From Eledone cirrhosa (taxonomy: Eukaryota): a stretch of 64,000 bases of DNA. The stretch covers positions 392,150,001-392,214,000 of the forward strand of contig OZ024741.1 in assembly GCA_964016885.1 (NCBI GenBank), in the 5' to 3' direction. Within the stretch, counting starts at the first letter, position 1. Each line of letters opens with the position of its first letter. Below the pieces are notes generated by a model. That model saw only the letters and a list, made by a program, of their open reading frames with translations, searched no databases and had not been told where the DNA came from. The translations under genes and the position numbers were made by a program. Shown piece after piece: positions 14,632 to 29,600 of this stretch.

Positions 14632-15297
14632 GGTTGTACTTAACACTGAATAGTGTATTGAAGGTGATAGTGAGAGGTAACATGATAGAAAGGATGATAG
14701 CAGAAGGTTGTACTTAACACTGAATAGTGTGTTGAAGGTGATGGTGGGCGGTAACATGATAGAAAGGATGATAGCAGAAGGTTGTACTTAACACTGAATA
14801 GTGTGTTGAAGGTGATAGTGGGAGGTAACATGATAGAAAGGATGATAGCAGAAGGTTGTACTTAACACTGAATAGTGTATTGAAGGTGATAGTGAGAGGT
14901 AACATGATAGAAAGGATGATAGCAGAAGGTTGTACTTAACACTGAATAGTGTGTTGAAGGTGATGGTGGGCGGTAACATGATAGAAAGGATGATAGCAGA
15001 AGGTTGTACTTAACACTGAATAGTGTGTTGAAGGTGATAGTGGGAGGTAACATGATAGAAAGGATGATAGCAGAAGGTTGTACTTAACACTGAATAGTGT
15101 ATTGAAGGTGATAGTGAGAGGTAACATGATAGAAAGGATGATAGCAGAAGGTTGTACTTAACACTGAATAGTGTGTTGAAGGTGATGGTGGGCGGTAACA
15201 TGATAGAAAGGATGATAGCAGAAGGTTGTACTTAACACTGAATAGTGTGTTGAAGGTGATAGTGGGAGGTAACATGATAGAAAGGATGATAGCAGAA
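14632..15297. repeat. 3-monomer (222-bp) higher-order repeat x3 (paralog of 6759-7424)
   Basis: The same trimer is repeated three times, 7873 bp downstream of the first set. Confidence 0.92.
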
Positions 15298-18200
15298 GGT
15301 TGTACTTAATACTGAATAGTGTGTTGAAGCTGATGGTGGGAGGTAACATGATAGAAAGGATGATAGCAGAAGGTTGTACTTAACACTGAATAGTGTGTTG
15401 AAGGTGATGGTGGGGGGTAACATGATAGAAAGGATGATAGCAGAAGGTTGTACTTAACACTGAATAGTGTGTTGAAGGTGATGGTGGGAGGTAACATGAT
15501 AGAAAGGATGATAGCAGAAGGTTGTACTTAACACTGGATAGTGTGTTGAAGGTGATGGTGGGGGGGGGGGGGGGTAACATGATAGAAAGGATGATAGCAG
15601 AAGGTTGTACTTAACACTGAATAGTGTGTTGAAGGTGATGGTGGGAGGTAACATGATAGAAAGGATGATAGCAGAAGGTTGTACTTAACACTGAATAGTG
15701 TGTTGAAGGTGATGGTGGGAGGTAACATGATAGAAAGGATGATAGCAGAAGGTGTACTTAACACTGAATAGTGTGTTGAAGGTGATGGTGGGGGGTAACA
15801 TGATAGAAAGGATGATAGCAGAAGGTTGTACTTAACACTGAATAGTGTGTTGAAGGTGATGGTGGGAGGTAACATGATAGAAAGGATGATAGCAGAAGGT
15901 TGTACTTAACACTGAATAGTGTGTTGAAGGTGATGGTGGGAGGTAACATGATAGAAAGGATGATAGCAGAAGGTGTACTTAACACTGAATGGTGTGTTGA
16001 AGGTGATGGTGGGGGGTAACATGATCAAAGGATGATAGCAGAAGGTTGTACTTAACACTGAATAGTGTGTTGAAGGTGATGGTGGGGGGTAACATGATAG
16101 AAAGGATGATAGCAGAAGGTTGTACTTAACACTGAATAGTGTGTTGAAGGTGATAGTGGGAGGTAACATGATAGAAAGGATGATAGCAGAAGGTTGTACT
16201 TAACACTGAATAGTGTGTTGAAGGTGATGGTGGGAGGTAACATGACAGAAAGGATGATAGCAGAAGGTTGTACTTAACACTGAGTAGTGTGTTGAAGGTG
16301 ATGGTGGGGGGTAACATGATCAAAGGATGATAGCAGAAGGTTGTACTTAACACTGAATAGTGTGTTGAAGGTGATGGTGGGAGGTAACATGATAGAAAGG
16401 ATGATAGCAGAAGGTTGTACTTAACACTGAATAGTGTGTTGAAGGTGATGGTGGGAGGTAACATGAAAGAAAGGATGATAGCAGAAGGTTGTACTTAACA
16501 CTGAATAGTGTGTTGAAGGTGATGGTGGGGGGTAACATGATAGAAAGGATGATAGCAGAAGGTTGTACTTAACACTGAATAGTGTGTTGAAGGTGATGGT
16601 GGGAGGTAACATGATAGAAAGGATGATAGCAGAAGGTTGTACTTAACACTGAATAGTGTGTTGAAGGTGATGGTGGGGGGTAACATGATAGAAAGGATGA
16701 TAGCAGAAGGTTGTACTTAACACTGAATAGTGTGTTGAAGGTGATGGTGGGGGGTAACATGATAGAAAGGATGATAGCAGAAGGTTGTACTTAACACTGA
16801 ATAGTGTGTTGAAGGTGATGGTGGGGGGTAACATGATAGAAAGGATGATAGCAGAAGGTTGTACTTAACATTGAATAGTGTGTTAAAGGTGATGGTGGGA
16901 GGTAACATGATAGAAAGGATGATAGCAGAAGTTTGTACTTAACACTGAATAGTGTGTTGAAGGTGATGGTGGGAGGTAACATGATAGAAAGGATGATAGC
17001 AGAAGGTTGTACTTAACACTGAATAGTGTGTTGAAGGTGATGGTGGGAGGTAACATGATAGAAAGGATGATTGCAGAAGGTTGTACTTAACACTGAATAG
17101 TGTGTTGAAGGTGATAGTGGGAGGTAACATGATAGAAAGGATGATAGCAGAAGGTTGTACTTAACACTGAATAGTGTGTTGAAGGTGATGGTGGGAGGTA
17201 ACATGATAGAAAGGATGATAGCAGAAGGTTGTACTTAACACTGAATAGTGTGTTGAAGGTGATGGTGGGAGGTAACATGATAGAAAGGATGATAGCAGAA
17301 GGTTGTACTTAACACTGAATAGTGTGTTGAAGGTGATAGTGGGAGGTAACATGATAGAAAGGATGATAGCAGAAGGTTGTACTTAACACTGAATAGTGTG
17401 TTGAAGGTGATGGTGGGGGGTAACATGATAGAAAGGATGATAGCAGAAGGTTGTACTTAACACTGAATAGTGTGTTGAAGGTGATGGTGGGGGGGGGGGG
17501 GTAACATGATAGAAAGGACGATAGCAGAAGGTTGTACTTAACACTGAATAGTGTGTTGAAGGTGATGGTGGGGGGTAACATGATAGAAAGGATGATAGCA
17601 GAAGGTTGTACTTAACACTGAATAGTGTGTTGAAGGTGATAGTGGGAGGTAACATGATAGAAAGGATGATAGCAGAAGGTTGTACTTAACACTGAATAGT
17701 GTGTTGAAGGTGATAGTGGGAGGTAACATGATAGAAAGGATGATAGCAGAAGGTTGTACTTAACACTGAATAGTGTGTTGAAGGTGATGGTGGGAGGTAA
17801 CATGATAGAAAGGATGATAGCAGAAGGTTGTACTTAACACTGAATAGTGTATTGAAGGTGATAGTGAGAGGTAACATGATAGAAAGGATGATAGCAGAAG
17901 GTTGTACTTAACACTGAATAGTGTGTTGAAGGTGATGGTGGGCGGTAACATGATAGAAAGGATGATAGCAGAAGGTTGTACTTAACACTGAATAGTGTGT
18001 TGAAGGTGATAGTGGGAGGTAACATGATAGAAAGGATGATAGCAGAAGGTTGTACTTAATACTGAATAGTGTGTTGAAGCTGATGGTGGGAGGTAACATG
18101 ATAGAAAGGATGATAGCAGAAGGTTGTACTTAACACTGAATAGTGTGTTGAAGGTGATAGTGGGAGGTAACATACAGAAAGGATGATAGCAGAAGGTTGT

Positions 18201-20263
18201 ACTTAACACTGAATAGTGTGTTGAAGGTGATGGTGGGGGGTAACATGATAGAAAGGATGATAGCAGAAGGTTGTACTTAACACTGAATAGTGTGTTGAAG
18301 GTGATGGTGGGGGGTAACATGATAGAAAGGATGATAGCAGAAGGTTGTACTTAACACTGAATAGTGTGTTGAAGGTGATGGTGGGGGGTAACATGATAGA
18401 AAGGATGATAGCAGAAGGTTGTACTTAACACTGAATAGTGTGTTGAAGGCGATGGTGGGAGGTAACATGATAGAAAGGATGATAGCAGAAGGTTGTACTT
18501 AACACTGAATAGTGTGTTGAAGGTGATAGTGGGAGGTAACATGATAGAAAGGATGATAGCAGAAGGTTGTACTTAACACTGAATAGTGTGTTGAAGGTGA
18601 TGGTGGGGCGTAACATGATAGAAAGGATGATAGCAGAAGGTTGTACTTAACACTGAATAGTGTGTTGAAGGTGATGGTGGGGGGTAACATGATCAAAGGA
18701 TGATAGCAGAAGGTTGTACTTAACACTGAATAGTGTGTTGAAGGTGATAGTGGGAGGTAACATGATAGAAAGGATGATAGCAGAAGGTTGTACTTAACAC
18801 TGAATAGTGTGTTGAAGGTGATGGTGGGGGGTAACATGATAGAAAGGATGATAGCAGAAGGTTGTACTTAACACTGAATAGTGTGTTGAAGGTGATAGTG
18901 GGAGGTAACATGATAGAAAGGATGATAGCAGAAGGTTGTACTTAACACTGAATAGTGTGTTGAAGGTGATAGTGGGAGGTAACATGATAGAAAGGATGAT
19001 AGCAGAAGGTTGTACTTAACACTGAATAGTGTGTTGAAGGTGATGGTGGGGGGGTAACATGATAGAAAGGATGATAGCAGAAGGTTGTACTTAACACTGA
19101 ATAGTGTGTTGAAGGTGATGGTGGGAGGTAACATGATAGAAAGGATGATAGCAGAAGGTTGTACTTAACACTGAATAGTGTGTTGAAGGTGATGGTGGGA
19201 GGTAACATGATAGAAAGGATGATAGCAGAAGGTGTACTTAACACTGAATAGTGTGTTGAAGGTGATGGTGGGGGGTAACATGATAGAAAGGATGATAGCA
19301 GAAGGTTGTACTTAACACTGAATAGTGTGTTGAAGGTGATGGTGGGGGGTAACATGATAGAAAGGATGTTAGCAGAAGGTTGTACTTAACACTGAATAGT
19401 GTGTTGAAGGTGATGGTGGGAGGTAACATGATAGAAAGGATGATAGTAGAAGGTTGTACTTAACACTGAATAGTGTGTTGAAGGTGATGGTGGGAGGTAA
19501 CATGACAGAAAGGATGATAGCAGAAGGTTGTACTTAACACTGAATAGTGTGTTGAAGGTGATGGTGGGAGGTAACATGATAGAAAGGATGATAGCAGAAG
19601 GTTGTACTTAACACTGAATAGTGTGTTGAAGGTGATGGTGGGAGGTAACATGATAGAAAGGATGATAGCAGAAGGTTGTACTTAACACTGAATAGTGTGT
19701 TGAAGGTGATGGTGGGAGGTAACATGACAGAAAGGATGATAGCAGAAGGTTGTACTTAACACTGAATAGTGTGTTGAAGGTGATGGTGGGAGGTAACATG
19801 ATAGAAAGGATGATAGCAGAAGGTTGTACTTAACACTGAATAGTGTGTTGAAGGTGATGGTGGGAGGTAACATGATAGAAAGGATGATAGCAGAAGGTTG
19901 TACTTAACACTGAATAGTGTGTTGAAGGTGATGGTGGGGGGTAACATGATAGAAAGGATGATAGCAGAAGTGTACTTAACACTGAATAGTGTGTTGAAGG
20001 TGATAGTGGGAGGTAACATGATAGAAAGGATGATAGCAGAAGGTTGTACTTAACACTGAATAGTGTGTTGAAGGTGATGGTGGGAGGTAACATGATAGAA
20101 AGGATGATAGCAGAAGGTTGTACTTAACACTGAATAGTGTGTTGAAGGTGATGGTGGGAGGTAACATGATAGAAAGGATGATAGCAGAAGGTTGTACTTA
20201 ACACTGAATAGTGTGTTGAAGGTGATGGTGGGAGGTAACATGATAGAAAGGATGATAGCAGAA

Positions 20264-23200
20264 GGTTGTACTTAACACTGAATAGTGTGTTGAAGGTGAT
20301 GGTGGGAGGTAACATGATAGAAAGGATGATAGCAGAAGGTTGTACTTAACACTGAATAGTGTGTTGAAGGTGATGGTGGGAGGTAACATGATAGAAAGGA
20401 TGATAGCAGAAGGTTGTACTTAACACTGAATAGTGTGTTGAAGGTGATGGTGGGAGGTAACATGATAGAAAGGATGATAGCAGAAGGTTGTACTTAACAC
20501 TGAATAGTGTGTTGAAGGTGATGGTGGGAGGTAACATGATAGAAAGGATGATAGCAGAAGGTTGTACTTAACACTGAATAGTGTGTTGAAGGTGATGGTG
20601 GGAGGTAACATGATAGAAAGGATGATAGCAGAAGGTTGTACTTAACACTGAATAGTGTGTTGAAGGTGATGGTGGGGGGTAACATGATCAAAGGATGATA
20701 GCAGAAGGTTGTACTTAACACTGAATAGTGTGTTGAAGGTGATGGTGGGAGGTAACATGATAGAAAGGATGATAGCAGAAGGTTGTACTTAACACTGAAT
20801 AGTGTGTTGAAGGTGATGGTGGGAGGTAACATGATAGAAAGGATGATAGCAGAAGGTTGTACTTAACACTGAATAGTGTGTTGAAGGTGATGGTGGGAGG
20901 TAACATGATAGAAAGGATGATAGCAGAAGGTTGTACTTAACACTGAATAGTGTGTTGAAGGTGATGGTGGGGGTAACATGATCAAAGGATGATAGCAGAA
21001 GGTTGTACTTAACACTGAATAGTGTGTTGAAGGTGATGGTGGGAGGTAACATGATAGAAAGGATGATAGCAGAAGGTTGTACTTAACACTGAATAGTGTG
21101 TTGAAGGTGATGGTGGGGTGTAACATGATAGAAAGGATGATAGCAGAAGGTTGTACTTAACACTGGATAGTGTGTTGAAGGTGATGGTGGGAGGTAACAT
21201 GATAGAAAGGATGATAGCAGAAGGTTGTACTTAACACTGAATAGTGTGTTGAAGGTGATGGTGGGGGGTAACATGATAGAAAGGATGATAGCAGAAGGTT
21301 GTACTTAACACTGAATAGTGTGTTGAAGGTGATGGTGGGGGGTAACATGATAGAAAGGATGATAGCAGAAGGTTGTACTTAACACTGAATAGTGTGTTGA
21401 AGGTGATGGTGGGGGGTAACATGATAGAAAGGATGATAGCAGAAGGTTGTACTTAACACTGAATAGTGTGTTGAAGGTGATGGTGGGAGGTAACATGATA
21501 GAAAGGATGATAGCAGAAGGTTGTACTTAACACTGAATAGTGTGTTGAAGCTGATGGTGGGGGGTAACATGATAGAAAGGATGATAGCAGAAGGTTGTAC
21601 TTAACACTGAATAGTGTGTTGAATGTGATGGTGGGGTGTAACATGATAGAAAGGATGATAGCAGAAGGTTGTACTTAACACTGGATAGTGTGTTGAAGGT
21701 GATAGTGGGGGGTAACATGATAGAAAGGATGATAGCAGAAGGTTGTACTTAACACTGAATAGTGTGTTGAAGGTGATGGTGGGAGGTAACATGATAGAAA
21801 GGATGATAGCAGAAGGTTGTACTTAACACTGAATAGTGTGTTGAAGGTGATGGTGGGGGTAATATGATAGAAAGGATGATAGCAGAAGGTTGTACTTAAC
21901 ACTGAATAGTGTGTTGAAGGTGATGGTGGGGGGTAACATGATAGAAAGGATGATAGTAGAAGGTGTACTTAACACTGAATAGTGTGTTGAAGGTGATGGT
22001 GGGGGGTAACATGATAGAAAGGATGATAGTAGAAGGTGTACTTAACACTGAATAGTGTGTTGAAGGTGATGGTGGGGGTAACATGATCAAAGGATGATAG
22101 CAGAAGGTTGTACTTAACACTGAATAGTGTGTTGAAGGTGATGGTGGGGGGTAACATGATAGAAAGGATGATAGCAGAAGGTTGTACTTAACACTGAATA
22201 GTGTGTTGAAGGTGATGGTGGGGGGTAACATGATAGAAAGGATGATAGCAGAAGGTTGTACTTAACACTGAATAGTGTGTTGAAGGTGATGGTGGGAGGT
22301 AACATGATAGAAAGGATGATAGCAGAAGGTTGTACTTAACACTGAATAGTGTGTTGAAGGTGATGGTGGGAGGTAACATGATAGAAAGGATGATAGCAGA
22401 AGGTTGTACTTAACACTGAATAGTGTGTTGAAGGTGATGGTGGGAGGTAACATGATAGAAAGGATGATAGCAGAAGGTTGTACTTAACACTGAATAGTGT
22501 GTTGAAGGTGATGGTGGGAGGTAACATGATAGAAAGGATGATAGCAGAAGGTTGTACTTAACACTGAATAGTGTGTTGAAGGTGATGGTGGGAGGTAACA
22601 TGATAGAAAGGATGATAGCAGAAGGTTGTACTTAACACTGAATAGTGTGTTGAAGGTGATGGTGGGGGGTAACATGATCAAAGGATGATAGCAGAAGGTT
22701 GTACTTAACACTGAATAGTGTGTTGAAGGTGATGGTGGGAGGTAACATGATAGAAAGGATGATAGCAGAAGGTTGTACTTAACACTGAATAGTGTGTTGA
22801 AGGTGATGGTGGGAGGTAACATGATAGAAAGGATGATAGCAGAAGGTTGTACTTAACACTGAATAGTGTGTTGAAGGTGATGGTGGGAGGTAACATGATA
22901 GAAAGGATGATAGCAGAAGGTTGTACTTAACACTGAATAGTGTGTTGAAGGTGATGGTGGGGGTAACATGATCAAAGGATGATAGCAGAAGGTTGTACTT
23001 AACACTGAATAGTGTGTTGAAGGTGATGGTGGGAGGTAACATGATAGAAAGGATGATAGCAGAAGGTTGTACTTAACACTGAATAGTGTGTTGAAGGTGA
23101 TGGTGGGGTGTAACATGATAGAAAGGATGATAGCAGAAGGTTGTACTTAACACTGGATAGTGTGTTGAAGGTGATGGTGGGAGGTAACATGATAGAAAGG

Positions 23201-24245
23201 ATGATAGCAGAAGGTTGTACTTAACACTGAATAGTGTGTTGAAGGTGATGGTGGGGGGTAACATGATAGAAAGGATGATAGCAGAAGGTTGTACTTAACA
23301 CTGAATAGTGTGTTGAAGGTGATGGTGGGGGGTAACATGATAGAAAGGATGATAGCAGAAGGTTGTACTTAACACTGAATAGTGTGTTGAAGGTGATGGT
23401 GGGGGGTAACATGATAGAAAGGATGATAGCAGAAGGTTGTACTTAACACTGAATAGTGTGTTGAAGGTGATGGTGGGAGGTAACATGATAGAAAGGATGA
23501 TAGCAGAAGGTTGTACTTAACACTGAATAGTGTGTTGAAGCTGATGGTGGGGGGTAACATGATAGAAAGGATGATAGCAGAAGGTTGTACTTAACACTGA
23601 ATAGTGTGTTGAATGTGATGGTGGGGTGTAACATGATAGAAAGGATGATAGCAGAAGGTTGTACTTAACACTGGATAGTGTGTTGAAGGTGATAGTGGGG
23701 GGTAACATGATAGAAAGGATGATAGCAGAAGGTTGTACTTAACACTGAATAGTGTGTTGAAGGTGATGGTGGGAGGTAACATGATAGAAAGGATGATAGC
23801 AGAAGGTTGTACTTAACACTGAATAGTGTGTTGAAGGTGATGGTGGGGGGTAATATGATAGAAAGGATGATAGCAGAAGGTTGTACTTAACACTGAATAG
23901 TGTGTTGAAGGTGATGGTGGGGGGTAACATGATAGAAAGGATGATAGTAGAAGGTGTACTTAACACTGAATAGTGTGTTGAAGGTGATGGTGGGGGGTAA
24001 CATGATAGAAAGGATGATAGTAGAAGGTGTACTTAACACTGAATAGTGTGTTGAAGGTGATGGTGGGGGGTAACATGATCAAAGGATGATAGCAGAAGGT
24101 TGTACTTAACACTGAATAGTGTGTTGAAGGTGATGGTGGGGGGTAACATGATAGAAAGGATGATAGCAGAAGGTTGTACTTAACACTGAATAGTGTGTTG
24201 AAGGTGATGGTGGGGGGTAACATGATAGAAAGGATGATAGCAGAA
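20264..24245. repeat. ~1990-bp (27-monomer) tandem duplication
   Basis: GAATGTGATGGTGGGGTGTA is at 21621 and 23611, and TAATATG is at 21860 and 23851. The order of GATC, GGGGTG, CTGGAT and AAGCTG variants is identical in both copies. ORF-track offsets are 1990. Confidence 0.9.
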
Positions 24246-26689
24246 GGTTGTACTTAACACTGAATAGTGTGTTGAAGGTGATGGTGGGAGGTAACATGAT
24301 AGAAAGGATGATAGCAGAATGTTGTACTTAACACTGAATAGTGTGTTGAAGGTGATAGTGGGAGGTAACATGATAGAAAGGATGATAGCAGAAGGTTGTA
24401 CTTAACACTGAATAGTGTGTTGAAGGTGATGGTGGGAGGTAACATGATAGAAAGGATGATAGCAGAAGGTTGTACTTAACACTGAATAGTGTGTTGAAGG
24501 TGATGGTGGGGGGTAATATGATAGAAAGGATGATAGCAGAAGGTTGTACTTAACACTGAATAGTGTGTTGAAGGTGATGGTGGGGGGTAACATGATAGAA
24601 AGGATGATAGTAGAAGGTGTACTTAACACTGAATAGTGTGTTGAAGGTGATGGTGGGGGGTAACATGATAGAAAGGATGATAGTAGAAGGTGTACTTAAC
24701 ACTGAATAGTGTGTTGAAGGTGATGGTGGGGGGTAACATGATCAAAGGATGATAGCAGAAGGTTGTACTTAACACTGAATAGTGTGTTGAAGGTGATGGT
24801 GGGAGGTAACATGATAGAAAGGATGATAGCAGAAGGTTGTACTTAACACTGAATAGTGTGTTGAAGGTGATGGTGGGGGGTAACATGATAGAAAGGATGA
24901 TAGCAGAAGGTTGTACTTAACACTGAATAGTGTGTTGAAGGTGATGGTGGGGGGTAACATGATAGAAAGGATGATAGCAGAAGGTTGTACTTAACACTGA
25001 ATAGTGTGTTGAAGGTGATGGTGGGAGGTAACATGATAGAAAGGATGATAGCAGAAGGTTGTACTTAACACTGAATAGTGTGTTGAAGGTGATGGTGGGA
25101 GGTAACATGATAGAAAGGATGATAGCAGAAGGTTGTACTTAACACTGAATAGTGTGTTGAAGGTGATGGTGGGAGGTAACATGACAGAAAGGATGATAGC
25201 AGAAGGTTGTACTTAACACTGAATAGTGTGTTGAAGGTGATTGTGGGAGGTAACATGATAGAAAGGATGATAGCAGAAGGTTGTACTTAACACTGAATAG
25301 TGTGTTGAAGGTGATGGTGGGAGGTAACATGATAGAAAGGATGATAGCAGAAGGTTGTACTTAACACTGAATAGTGTGTTGAAGGTGATGGTGGGAGGTA
25401 ACATGATAGAAAGGATGATAGCAGAAGGTTGTACTTAACACTGAATAGTGTGTTGAAGGTGATAGTGGGAGGTAACATGATAGAAAGGATGATAGCAGAA
25501 GGTTGTACTTAACACTGAATAGTGTGTTGAAGGTGATGGTGGGAGGTAACATGACAGAAAGAATGATAGCAGAAGGTTGTACTTAACACTGAATAGTGTG
25601 TTGAAGGTGATGGTGGGAGGTAACATGATAGAAAGGATGATAGCAGAAAGTTGTACTTAACACTGAATAGTGTGTTGAAGGTGATGGTGGGAGGTAACAT
25701 GACAGAAAGGATGATAGCAGAAGGTTGTACTTAACACTGAATAGTGTGTTGAAGGTGATGGTGGGAGGTAACATGATAGAAAGGATGATAGCAGAAGGTT
25801 GTACTTAACACTGAATAGTGTGTTGAAGGTGATGGTGGGAGGTAACATGACAGAAAGGATGATAGCAGAAGGTTGTACTTAACACTGAATAGTGTGTTGA
25901 AGGTGATGGTGGGGGGTAACATGATAGAAAGGATGATAGCAGAAGGTTGTACTTAACACTGAATAGTGTGTTGAAGGTGATGGTGGGAGGTAACATGATA
26001 GAAAGGATGATAGCAGAAGGTTGTACTTAACACTGAATAGTGTGTTGAAGGTGATGGTGGGAGGTAACATGATAGAAAGGATGATAGCAGAAGGTTGTAC
26101 TTAACACTGAATAGTGTGTTGAAGGTGATGGTGGGGGGTAACATGATAGAAAGGATGATAGCAGAAGGTTGTACTTAACACTGAATAGTGTGTTGAAGGT
26201 GATGGTGGGAGGTAACATGATAGAAAGGATGATAGCAGAAGGTTGTACTTAACACTGAATAGTGTGTTGAAGGTGATGGTGGGAGGTAACATGATAGAAA
26301 GGATGATAGCAGAAGGTTGTACTTAACACTGAATAGTGTGTTGAAGGTGATGGTGGGAGGTAACATGATAGAAAGGATGATAGCAGAAGGTTGTACTTAA
26401 CACTGAATAGTGTGTTGAAGGTGATGGTGGGAGGTAACATGATAGAAAGGATGATAGCAGAAGGTTGTACTTAACACTGAATAGTGTGTTGAAGGTGATG
26501 GTGGGAGGTAACATGATAGAAAGGATGATAGCAGAAGGTTGTACTTAACACTGAATAGTGTGTTGAAGGTGATGGTGGGAGGTAACATGATAGAAAGGAT
26601 GATAGCAGAAGGTTGTACTTAACACTGAATAGTGTGTTGAAGGTGATGGTGGGAGGTAACATGATAGAAAGGATGATAGCAGAAGGTTG

Positions 26690-29600
26690 TACTTAACACT
26701 GAATAGTGTGTTGAAGGTGATGGTGGGGGGTAACATGATCAAAGGATGATAGCAGAAGGTTGTACTTAACACTGAATAGTGTGTTGAAGGTGATGGTGGG
26801 AGGTAACATGATAGAAAGGATGATAGCAGAAGGTTGTACTTAACACTGAATAGTGTGTTGAAGGTGATGGTGGGAGGTAACATGATAGAAAGGATGATAG
26901 CAGAAGGTTGTACTTAACACTGAATAGTGTGTTGAAGGTGATGGTGGGAGGTAACATGATAGAAAGAATGATAGCAGAAGGTTGTACTTAACACTGAATA
27001 GTGTGTTGAAGGTGATGGTGGGGGTAACATGATCAAAGGATGATAGCAGAAGGTTGTACTTAACACTGAATAGTGTGTTGAAGGTGATGGTGGGAGGTAA
27101 CATGATAGAAAGGATGATAGCAGAAGGTTGTACTTAACACTGAATAGTGTGTTGAAGGTGATGGTGGGGTGTAACATGATAGAAAGGATGATAGCAGAAG
27201 GTTGTACTTAACACTGGATAGTGTGTTGAAGGTGATGGTGGGAGGTAACATGATAGAAAGGATGATAGCAGAAGGTTGTACTTAACACTGAATAGTGTGT
27301 TGAAGGTGATGGTGGGGGGTAACATGATAGAAAGGATGATAGCAGAAGGTTGTACTTAACACTGAATAGTGTGTTGAAGGTGATGGTGGGGGGTAACATG
27401 ATAGAAAGGATGATAGCAGAAGGTTGTACTTAACACTGAATAGTGTGTTGAAGGTGATGGTGGGGGGTAACATGATAGAAAGGATGATAGCAGAAGGTTG
27501 TACTTAACACTGAATAGTGTGTTGAAGGTGATGGTGGGAGGTAACATGATAGAAAGGATGATAGCAGAAGGTTGTACTTAACACTGAATAGTGTGTTGAA
27601 GCTGATGGTGGGGGGTAACATGATAGAAAGGATGATAGCAGAAGGTTGTACTTAACACTGAATAGTGTGTTGAATGTGATGGTGGGGTGTAACATGATAG
27701 AAAGGATGATAGCAGAAGGTTGTACTTAACACTGGATAGTGTGTTGAAGGTGATAGTGGGGGGTAACATGATAGAAAGGATGATAGCAGAAGGTTGTACT
27801 TAACACTGAATAGTGTGTTGAAGGTGATGGTGGGAGGTAACATGATAGAAAGGATGATAGCAGAAGGTTGTACTTAACACTGAATAGTGTGTTGAAGGTG
27901 ATGGTGGGGGGTAATATGATAGAAAGGATGATAGCAGAAGGTTGTACTTAACACTGAATAGTGTGTTGAAGGTGATGGTGGGGGGTAACATGATAGAAAG
28001 GATGATAGTAGAAGGTGTACTTAACACTGAATAGTGTGTTGAAGGTGATGGTGGGGGGTAACATGATAGAAAGGATGATAGTAGAAGGTGTACTTAACAC
28101 TGAATAGTGTGTTGAAGGTGATGGTGGGGGGTAACATGATCAAAGGATGATAGCAGAAGGTTGTACTTAACACTGAATAGTGTGTTGAAGGTGATGGTGG
28201 GGGGTAACATGATAGAAAGGATGATAGCAGAAGGTTGTACTTAACACTGAATAGTGTGTTGAAGGTGATGGTGGGGGGTAACATGATAGAAAGGATGATA
28301 GCAGAAGGTTGTACTTAACACTGAATAGTGTGTTGAAGGTGATGGTGGGAGGTAACATGATAGAAAGGATGATAGCAGAAGGTTGTACTTAACACTGAAT
28401 AGTGTGTTGAAGGTGATAGTGGGAGGTAACATGATAGAAAGGATGATAGCAGAAGGTTGTACTTAACACTGAATAGTGTGTTGAAGGTGATGGTGGGAGG
28501 TAACATGATAGAAAGGATGATAGCAGAAGGTTGTACTTAACACTGAATAGTGTGTTGAAGGTGATGGTGGGGGGTAATATGATAGAAAGGATGATAGCAG
28601 AAGGTTGTACTTAACACTGAATAGTGTGTTGAAGGTGATGGTGGGGGGTAACATGATAGAAAGGATGATAGTAGAAGGTGTACTTAACACTGAATAGTGT
28701 GTTGAAGGTGATGGTGGGGGGTAACATGATAGAAAGGATGATAGTAGAAGGTGTACTTAACACTGAATAGTGTGTTGAAGGTGATGGTGGGGGGTAACAT
28801 GATCAAAGGATGATAGCAGAAGGTTGTACTTAACACTGAATAGTGTGTTGAAGGTGATGGTGGGAGGTAACATGATAGAAAGGATGATAGCAGAAGGTTG
28901 TACTTAACACTGAATAGTGTGTTGAAGGTGATGGTGGGGGGTAACATGATAGAAAGGATGATAGCAGAAGGTTGTACTTAACACTGAATAGTGTGTTGAA
29001 GGTGATGGTGGGGGGTAACATGATAGAAAGGATGATAGCAGAAGGTTGTACTTAACACTGAATAGTGTGTTGAAGGTGATGGTGGGAGGTAACATGATAG
29101 AAAGGATGATAGCAGAAGGTTGTACTTAACACTGAATAGTGTGTTGAAGGTGATGGTGGGAGGTAACATGACAGAAAGGATGATAGCAGAAGGTTGTACT
29201 TAACACTGAATAGTGTGTTGAAGGTGATGGTGGGGGGTAACATGATAGAAAGGATGATAGCAGAAGGTTGTACTTAACACTGAATAGTGTGTTGAAGGTG
29301 ATGGTGGGGGGTAACATGATAGAAAGGATGATAGCAGAAGGTTGTACTTAACACTGAATAGTGTGTTGAAGGTGAGGGTGGGAGGTAACATGATAGAAAG
29401 GATGATAGCAGAAGGTTGTACTTAACACTGAATAGTGTGTTGAAGGTGATGGTGGGAGGTAACATGATAGAAAGGATGATAGCAGAAGGTTGTACTTAAC
29501 ACTGAATAGTGTGTTGAAGGTGATGGTGGGAGGTAACATGATAGAAAGGATGATAGCAGAAGGTTGTACTTAACACTGAATAGTGTGTTGAAGGTGATGG

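Larger units (their letters stand above)
2376..17530. repeat. ~7.87-kb near-tandem duplication (~106 monomers): ~2376-9650 repeated at ~10251-17530
   Basis: Rare variants recur at offsets of 7871-7875, then 7800 after loss of one monomer. Examples: GCAAAAGG (~3553/~11428), GGTGGATG-polyG (~3670/~11545), CTGAGTAG (5141/13014; 8480/16280), CTGAATTG (~6326/~14197), TGAATGGT (~8186/~15986), CATGAAAG (~8662/~16462) and GGACGATAG after polyG (~9640/~17516). Confidence 0.9.
380..18110. repeat. Recurring ~3.3-4.5-kb variant cassette (imperfect higher-order repeat): 5 full copies plus a partial one
   Basis: An ordered marker series recurs: GAGAGG, GGGCGG, AAGCTG, CTGGATAG+long polyG, GAAGGTGTAC x2, GATCAAAG, GACAG, CTGAGTAG. 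CTGAG is at 1652, 5141, 8480, 13014 and 16280 (spacings 3489, 3339, 4534, 3266). A partial copy lies at ~17820-18110. Confidence 0.85.
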
